A stretch of 64,000 nucleotides of DNA, from positions 1,699 to 65,698 of the forward strand of contig CAZNIL010000003.1 of NCBI GenBank assembly GCA_964573085.1, written 5' to 3'. The position numbers were made by a program, and so were the translations under genes. The DNA comes from an uncultured Methanoregula sp. GTDB lineage: Archaea > Halobacteriota > Methanomicrobia > Methanomicrobiales > Methanospirillaceae. Shown one piece after another: positions 58,300-64,000 of the stretch (position 1 is its first letter; each line of letters starts with the position of its first letter). The notes below the pieces were generated by a model. It was not told the origin of the DNA, did not search any database, and was given only the letters and a program-made list of their open reading frames with translations.

Positions 58300-59586
58300 A
58301 TGAAAAAGCCAATCCTGCAGGTAGCGCTCGACCTCACGGAACTGAACCGGGCACTGCAGATTGCACAGGAATCGGTGCGGGGCGGTGCCGACTGGATTGA
58401 AGCAGGAACTCCTTTAATCAAAAGCGAGGGAATGCAGGCAATCCGGGCATTAAAAACGCAATTCCCCGATTATACGATCGTTGCCGATATGAAGATCGCT
58501 GATACCGGGAGTCTCGAGGTTGAAATGGCAGCAAAAGCCGGCGCCGGAGTGGTCTGTATTCTCGCGGACGCGGATGATTCGGTCATTGCCGAAGCGGTGC
58601 GGGCGGCACGTCTCTACGGTGTCAGGTTAATGGCGGATCTCATCAACTCACAGAACCCTGCACAACGGGCCCGGCAGGTTGCGGCAATGGGGGTGGACAT
58701 CATCACCGCACATGTTGGTATCGATCAACAGATGATGGGAAGAAGTTCCCTTGATCTGCTCTCCGAGATTACGGAAGATGTCACCATCCCGGTTGCTGTA
58801 GCGGGGGGGCTTGATGCAGGAACAGCAGCACAGGCAGTACAAAACGGGGCAGCGATCGTTATTGTCGGAAGTGCGATCACCCGTTCGGCGGATGTGGCCG
58901 CATCCACCCGTACGATCCGGGCCTCAATCGATAATCCCTCGTTCCAAAAAGCTGACATGAGTTCTCTCGATGAACGGATCCGGGATCTTTTTTTAAAGGT
59001 GTCTTCCCCAAATGTCACCGATGCGATGCACCGGAAAGGTGCGATGGAAGGGATGGTCTCCATATGCGGGGATGTGAAGATGACAGGCCAGGCCGTCACT
59101 GTACAGACGTTTTCCGGTGATTGGGCAAAACCTGTCGAAGCTATTGATGTTGCAGGTCCGGGGGATGTCATCGTGATCAACAATGATGGTGCAACTCATG
59201 TTGCTCCATGGGGCGAACTGGCAACCTTGAGTTGTGTCAGAAAGGGGATCGCAGGTGTCGTCATTGATGGTGCCGTGCGGGATGTGGATGATATCAGGAG
59301 AACAAAGTTTGCGGTTTTTGCAAGAGCAATCGTCCCTAATGCCGGCGAACCAAAAGGATTTGGCGAAATCAATGCTGAGATCCGTTGTGCAGGGCAGTTA
59401 GTGAACCCTGGTGACTGGATCATCGGTGACGAGAGCGGGGTTGTTGTGGTTCCCAAAGAACGGGCGTATGAAATTGCACGGCGGGCACTTGAGGTTAGGA
59501 AAAATGAAGAGAGAATACGGGAGGAGATACGGCGCGGGAGCACGCTCTCGCAGGTGGCAGATTTGATAAAATGGGAAAAAAAATGA
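58300..59586 (+). CDS. Fusion of a 3-hexulose-6-phosphate synthase (OMPdecase-fold) domain and an RraA-like domain
   Basis: The N-terminal half is MKKPILQVALDLTELNRAL...WIEAGTPLIK...VADMKIADTG... (HPS). The C-terminal half is ...PNVTDAMHRKGAM...PWGELATLSCVRKGIAGVVIDGAVRD... (RraA/aldolase-like). Confidence 0.85.
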   Translation: MKKPILQVALDLTELNRALQIAQESVRGGADWIEAGTPLIKSEGMQAIRALKTQFPDYTIVADMKIADTGSLEVEMAAKAGAGVVCILADADDSVIAEAVRAARLYGVRLMADLINSQNPAQRARQVAAMGVDIITAHVGIDQQMMGRSSLDLLSEITEDVTIPVAVAGGLDAGTAAQAVQNGAAIVIVGSAITRSADVAASTRTIRASIDNPSFQKADMSSLDERIRDLFLKVSSPNVTDAMHRKGAMEGMVSICGDVKMTGQAVTVQTFSGDWAKPVEAIDVAGPGDVIVINNDGATHVAPWGELATLSCVRKGIAGVVIDGAVRDVDDIRRTKFAVFARAIVPNAGEPKGFGEINAEIRCAGQLVNPGDWIIGDESGVVVVPKERAYEIARRALEVRKNEERIREEIRRGSTLSQVADLIKWEKK

Positions 59587-59597
59587 GTGCAATTTTT

Positions 59598-60032
59598 TTA
59601 GTGGAAGACTGAACTCTCGATTAAGGTTGCACCCGATTTTGAGATTTTTTCGATCGCCTCTTCCACGTGATCGACCCGGAGGATCAGTACCGCGCCATCC
59701 TTTCCTGAATAGGCATATGAATATTCTATGTTGATTTTGGCATCCCCTAGGATCTTTGCGACCTCGTAGAGCCCGCCGGGAATATCCTTCATATGGACAG
59801 CAATAACCTCGGTAAACGCAACATTGAACCCGAGCGACGTCAGTTTCTTGTGCGCTTTTTCCGGGTGATCGACGAGTGCCCTGACAACGCCAAAGCCGCT
59901 TGCTTCAGCAATGCTGAATGCAAGGATATTGACCTTTTCCTCCCCCAGTGCATGGGCGATTGCAGCAAGCCTGCCGGGTCGGTTTTCCGAAAATACCGAT
60001 ATCTGCTTGACCACATATTTTTTCACATCCAT
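59598..60032 (-). CDS. Tandem ACT-domain protein
   Basis: 144 aa. ...ISVFSENRPGRLAAIAHALGE...INI... with a second ACT repeat. Its start overlaps the upstream PaaK stop (TAATG). Confidence 0.8.
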   Translation of the reverse strand: MDVKKYVVKQISVFSENRPGRLAAIAHALGEEKVNILAFSIAEASGFGVVRALVDHPEKAHKKLTSLGFNVAFTEVIAVHMKDIPGGLYEVAKILGDAKINIEYSYAYSGKDGAVLILRVDHVEEAIEKISKSGATLIESSVFH

Positions 60033-61333
60033 TACAATGACCTCCTGTCAACCACTTTCTTGGATTTTCCCTCATATCTCGGTAATGAACCCGGTTCGAC
60101 GAGCTCTACGTTAACATTCACATTCAGGGCATTGCGCAATTTGTGCTCAACTTTCCCGCTTATATGCATCAGATCCGTGATCTTATCAGAGAACGACTCC
60201 TTGTTGAGTTCGACCCGGACGAGCATATCATCGAGCGCCCCTTTGCGGTCGACAACGATCTGGAAATGCTGCCCGACCTCGGGGATCGCCATAAGGGCAT
60301 ACTCAACCTGCGAGGGGAACACGTTGATGCCCCGGATGATGAGCATATCATCGACCCTCCCTTGGATCCGGTCCACCCTTGGATGGGTTCTGCCGCAATT
60401 GCATGGTTCCTCATTGACCCGAGTGATGTCACCAATCCGGTACCGGATCATCGGAAGCGCTTCCTTTTGCAGAATTGTTATGGTGAGTTCCCCACTCTCC
60501 CCGGGAGCGAGCTGTTCTCCGGTCTTTGGGTCGATAATTTCGACCAGTGCAAGATCGGACCAGACATGGAACCCTTTTTGCTCGGTACATTCGGTAAACA
60601 TCGGGCCGGAGAGTTCGCTTGTACCATAGATATCATACGCTTTGATGCCCAGCCAGTCCTCGATCCGGTTCCTCATCCGTTCAGTCCAAGGTTCGGCACC
60701 GAGAATACTTGTCCGCAGGCGGGTATCTTTCCGGATGTCAACACCCATCTTTTCGGCTACTTCCCCAAGATGGAGTAAATAGGATGGGGTGCAGGCAATC
60801 GCTGTTGTACCGAGGTCCTGCATCAATTCAATCTGGCGTTCGGTATTGCCGACACTTGTAGGGATTACTGTGGCTCCGATCCTTTCTGCACCATAGTGCA
60901 ACCCCAGTCCTCCGGTGAACAACCCGTACCCGTAACTGACTTGAATCACATCTCCCCGCCCCAGTCCCAGCGATGTGAGCGCTCGTGCGAGTGATGTGGT
61001 CCAGTTGTCCAGGTCGTTCTGGGTATACCCGACAACCGTCGGTTTGCCCGTCGTCCCCGATGAGACATGATACCTCACCAGCTCGTCCTGGGTTGCTGTG
61101 AATATCTTGTCCGGGTAGTTATCCCTCAGGTCACGTTTGAACATGAAGGGCAGTAACTTCACATCAGCAAGTTCCCTGATATCATCCGGATGGACATTCT
61201 GTTCCTTCATCCGGTCGTGGTAGAATGGTGAAAAACTGTAGAGCCGGTACACAAGGCCTTTTAATAGTTTATACTGCATCCGCTGGAGTTCAGTTATTGG
61301 CAGTTCCTCAATCCGCGGGTCCCAGCATCTCAA
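60032..61333 (-). CDS. Phenylacetate--CoA ligase family protein (PaaK / F390-synthetase-like adenylate-forming enzyme)
   Basis: 433 aa. ...YHVSSGTTGKPTVVGYTQNDLDNW... (AMP-binding P-loop-like motif)...GLHYGAE...CTPSY.... Confidence 0.9.
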   Translation of the reverse strand: MRCWDPRIEELPITELQRMQYKLLKGLVYRLYSFSPFYHDRMKEQNVHPDDIRELADVKLLPFMFKRDLRDNYPDKIFTATQDELVRYHVSSGTTGKPTVVGYTQNDLDNWTTSLARALTSLGLGRGDVIQVSYGYGLFTGGLGLHYGAERIGATVIPTSVGNTERQIELMQDLGTTAIACTPSYLLHLGEVAEKMGVDIRKDTRLRTSILGAEPWTERMRNRIEDWLGIKAYDIYGTSELSGPMFTECTEQKGFHVWSDLALVEIIDPKTGEQLAPGESGELTITILQKEALPMIRYRIGDITRVNEEPCNCGRTHPRVDRIQGRVDDMLIIRGINVFPSQVEYALMAIPEVGQHFQIVVDRKGALDDMLVRVELNKESFSDKITDLMHISGKVEHKLRNALNVNVNVELVEPGSLPRYEGKSKKVVDRRSL

Positions 61334-62622
61334 AGTGTATCCCCCCGCCGATCGATGACCCGTTTGGCTTTTCCCTCGAAACGGGGAAGGGAGCCCGGTT
61401 CGACGAGCTTCACGGTTGTCCTGAGCTCGAGAACATCCCGCAGTTCTTTTACAACTTTCTTCTGGATTCGCGCAAGGTCAGTGAGTTCCCCGCTGAAATA
61501 GTCACGATTGATCTCAACGTCCACGGTCATCTCATCCAAGTGATTCACTTTGTCCACATAGACCATAAACTGATTGCCCACTTCCGGAATTTTTAACAGC
61601 ACATGTTCAATCTGGGAGGGAAAGACATTGATGCCGCGAATGACCAGCATATCATCGCTCCGCCCGGTGATCCGTGAGATCTTCTGTCCTCGTGTGCAAA
61701 GACAACCGTCTTCCATCTTCATGGTAACATCACCCGTACGGTACCGCAGGAGCGGCATTGCTTCTTTCACTAATGGCGTGACAACAAGCTCCCCACGTTC
61801 CCCGTCTCCAAGCGGCTCACCGGTCTTCGGGTCAATTATCTCGACAAGATATGCGTCGTGCCAGATGTGGAGCCCGTCTCGTTCGGGGCATTCAAATGCG
61901 ACCCCCGGTCCGAAGAGCTCGGAGAGCCCATACGAGTCAAATGCTGTGACTCCAAGACGCTCTTCAAGGGAACTGCGCATTGTCTCCGACCACGGTTCGG
62001 CCCCGAAAATACCGGTCTTCAGGCTTTCAAGAGATATATGCATCTCTTCGGCCACCTCAGAAAGGTGCATCGCATAACTGGGGGTGCAGTGGATCGTGGT
62101 GACACCGAAGTCCTTGATCATCTCAATCTGGCGTTTGGTGTTCCCTGTTGCGCTGGGAATTACAGTCATCCCGATCTTTTCTGCTCCGTAATGGAACCCA
62201 AGCCCGCCGGTGAACATACCATAGTTAACCATGTTCTGGAAGATGTCATCATCCGTAACGCCAATCATGGTCATATTTCGTGCGATCAGGTCTGCCCACG
62301 CATCAAGGTCGTTCTGCGTATACCCGACAACGGTTGGTTTGCCTGTCGTACCGGATGTTGTATGGATCCGAACAACTTTTTTGAGCGGGACAGCAAAGAA
62401 CCCGAAAGGATACCCGTTCCGCAGGTCCTGTTTTTTGGTAAACGGGACCTTTTCGATATCCTCAAGTGTCCTGATATCATCCGGGCGGACATGTGCATCA
62501 GCAAGGCATTTTTTATAAAACCCCACGTTCTGCGAATCGCGGATTGTTTTTTTCAGGCGCTTGAGCTGGAGTGCTTTGAGTTTTTCTCCATGGAGAGTCT
62601 CGGTCGTTTTATCCCAGAACAT
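61330..62622 (-). CDS. Phenylacetate--CoA ligase family protein, paralog of 60032..61333
   Basis: 430 aa. ...IHTTSGTTGKPTVVGYTQNDLDAW...GFHYGAE...CTPSY.... By eye it is about half identical to its neighbour. It has a 4-nt ATGA overlap with it. Confidence 0.9.
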   Translation of the reverse strand: MFWDKTTETLHGEKLKALQLKRLKKTIRDSQNVGFYKKCLADAHVRPDDIRTLEDIEKVPFTKKQDLRNGYPFGFFAVPLKKVVRIHTTSGTTGKPTVVGYTQNDLDAWADLIARNMTMIGVTDDDIFQNMVNYGMFTGGLGFHYGAEKIGMTVIPSATGNTKRQIEMIKDFGVTTIHCTPSYAMHLSEVAEEMHISLESLKTGIFGAEPWSETMRSSLEERLGVTAFDSYGLSELFGPGVAFECPERDGLHIWHDAYLVEIIDPKTGEPLGDGERGELVVTPLVKEAMPLLRYRTGDVTMKMEDGCLCTRGQKISRITGRSDDMLVIRGINVFPSQIEHVLLKIPEVGNQFMVYVDKVNHLDEMTVDVEINRDYFSGELTDLARIQKKVVKELRDVLELRTTVKLVEPGSLPRFEGKAKRVIDRRGDTL

Positions 62623-62987
62623 CTGTCACCTCTGTTGTCACGGTGATTCGCGTTTTTCAAATTCAAAGGATTTCATCCGCCGATGATCCCGCGGGGTCGC
62701 AAGCATGATTATTATTTTCAGAAATCCCTTCCACTGAAAAACCGAACGTCTGTTTTCCTTGAAACATCAGTACGTACTCGTGCCGTAGAGAAAAGCATTG
62801 TCCTGCATTAGCATGGCATAGATTAAAAAGAAAAAAATTCGATCCTGTTATCCCTAGCTCAAAAACCATAAACCTATCCCCATCAAAATTCCGTTCTCCT
62901 GTTCAGTGTAAATCATGTTCCTGTTGTGCATGGTTTGTATATCGCACAATATGGTTTATGTCCCTGAAATCTCTTGTAATATTTTGG

Positions 62988-63159
62988 GGGAATTCCGAGG
63001 GAATTTTTAAAAAAACCCGATATTTGGGATTTTCCCCCGTAACCGGTATATCCAGAAATACCTCATCGTGAAAACGATGCTTTAATCTGTGCGTACGATG
63101 GTAGTAATTAGATAGAAAATCCCGTGTTTTATACAAATGACGTCATCTAAAATCCCGTG
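62988..63159. repeat. Cluster of short GGGAWTTT / AAAWTCCC motifs upstream of and across the cas1-like start
   Basis: Forward copies: GGGAATTCC 62988-96, GGGAATTTTT 62999-63008, GGGATTTTC 63026-34. Reverse copies: GAAAATCCC 63115-23 (a perfect inverted repeat of 63026-34) and AAAATCCCGTG at 63116-26 and 63149-59 (an 11-nt direct repeat). Confidence 0.35.
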
Positions 63160-64000
63160 GTTTCTGGTCAGCGGTTTTGGCGCACACATAAAGTCAAGCC
63201 CATCAATGTTGATTATCGTACAGAAAAACACCACCCGGGAATTTCCCATCGATACGATCAACCACCTTCTGATTGTTGGCGGACATACTCTTCACACATC
63301 CACCATCATCCACCTCGTAAAAAAAGGTGTTTCCATATCAATTTTTGAAGCTGACGGGACCCCGGTGAGCACAATCCGCCCGTACGGGAACGATGTTCCC
63401 GAGGTTATGCGGGCGCTCCAGGTTGACGCACCCCGGCACCGGTACGCAGTGGAGCTCGCTGGAGGATCGATTAAATCGCGTTTACTCTTTTTGCAAAAAC
63501 TTGAAGAATCTTGGGGGTCGCCCCTGCTCTATGAGGGAGAGAGCGAGATCATTCATAAATCCCTTGGGGAACTGGAATATTTAATCAAACTCGAAGAGAT
63601 CCGACGCATTCACCGGCTGACCGCTGATATGTATTACGAGATCCTGTCCAGAGCGCTTCCACCGGAACTGGGATACCGGCGAAGGAGGCTTACGTCCCAA
63701 CAGGACGTCGTGAATGCAATGTTTTCTATCGGATACTCAATTCTGTATGGCAATTGTTGTGTCTCGATCCTTGGCGCTCACATGGATCCTGATATTGGTA
63801 TCCTGCATGAAGGGCAGGGGGGGCTCGTATATGACCTGATCGACCCGTTCAAAGCTGGAATGATCGACGAAACGGTTATCAGGGTCGCTGCAGAAAGGAT
63901 CAGTCCTGACGACTTTGAAATAAGTGGTAGCCGTTGTATCCTTTCAGATGAACTTGTACGGAAACTGATTAACCTGTTCAAAACTTCGATCCGTGTCGGG
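63137..64000 (+). CDS. cas1: Cas1-family protein, N-terminal 288 aa (partial; continues past the window end)
   Basis: The frame is open from ATG 63137 (in-frame TAG at 63113-15) to 64000 and is not in the supplied track. It has an N-terminal ...REFPIDTINHLLIVGGHTLHTSTIIHLVKKGVSISIFEADGTPVSTIRP.... The helical domain has ...RRLTSQQDVVNAMFSIGYSILYG...HMDPDIGILHEGQGGLVYDLIDPFK.... Confidence 0.75.
   Translation, partial: MTSSKIPWFLVSGFGAHIKSSPSMLIIVQKNTTREFPIDTINHLLIVGGHTLHTSTIIHLVKKGVSISIFEADGTPVSTIRPYGNDVPEVMRALQVDAPRHRYAVELAGGSIKSRLLFLQKLEESWGSPLLYEGESEIIHKSLGELEYLIKLEEIRRIHRLTADMYYEILSRALPPELGYRRRRLTSQQDVVNAMFSIGYSILYGNCCVSILGAHMDPDIGILHEGQGGLVYDLIDPFKAGMIDETVIRVAAERISPDDFEISGSRCILSDELVRKLINLFKTSIRVG

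Noticed and set aside
62986-63038. GGGGGAA ... TTCCCCC inverted repeat, considered as a terminal inverted repeat or a terminator hairpin.
   Set aside because: It is only 7 bp, with a 39-nt AT-rich loop. A match of this length is expected by chance in a 500-nt region. It is subsumed in the motif-cluster observation.
62623-63136. A CRISPR array or leader upstream of the cas1-like gene.
   Set aside because: There are no direct repeats of 20 nt or more with regular spacing. Only 8-11 nt motifs are present.
62903-63136. A 77-aa ORF on the minus strand abutting the cas1-like ATG, and the 68-aa ORF at 62663..62869.
   Set aside because: Both have His/Arg/Phe/Asn-rich composition typical of random frames in AT-rich DNA. 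A zero-length divergent intergenic space leaves no room for promoters. No motif was found.
63137-64000. Calling the cas1-like gene a casposon integrase.
   Set aside because: No family-B polymerase, terminal inverted repeats or target-site duplication can be seen in the window, and the element, if any, would lie downstream. This is kept only as one hypothesis in the finding.

Overview
This window looks like a chromosomal segment of a methanogenic euryarchaeon. The gene content and order resemble Methanomicrobiales, but that assignment is inferred, not tested. Most of it is densely packed housekeeping DNA. Recognisable genes include rpl7ae-rps28e-rpl24e-ndk, thrC, mch, orc1/cdc6, apgM, the pyruvate:ferredoxin oxidoreductase operon, one tRNA-Val(UAC), a tungsten-type aldehyde:ferredoxin oxidoreductase, and a NifB-like radical SAM gene. 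Also present are ahcY, hisF, pheT-pheS-trpS-endA, nfo, rps10-EF1alpha, cobS/cobT-type genes, guaAA, an HPS-RraA fusion, and two tandem PaaK-type ligases with an ACT protein. No rRNA genes, CRISPR array, transposase or integrase were seen.

The less ordinary parts are:
1. A Cas1-family reading frame at 63137..64000. It runs off the 3' edge and is missing from the supplied ORF track. There is no CRISPR array or other cas gene in the 63 kb upstream, and it is preceded by an AT-rich spacer carrying a short motif cluster.
2. A roughly 1 kb gene-poor patch at 34080-35105. It holds a DUF2997-like mini-gene broken by an apparent 1-nt frameshift, an upstream open frame broken by a single TAG, and a GC-rich stretch with no ORF.
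3. A META-domain lipoprotein gene interrupted by one in-frame TAG.
4. Several secreted or surface proteins that share a Thr/Pro-linker, hydrophobic helix and basic-tail C-terminus. There is also a LamG protein with an archaeal pilin-type signal peptide.
5. A conserved but uncharacterised envelope gene cluster (oxidoreductase, GT2, UPF0104, YYY-membrane protein) at the 5' end.

All functional calls come from motif and family recognition by eye. No searches were run.
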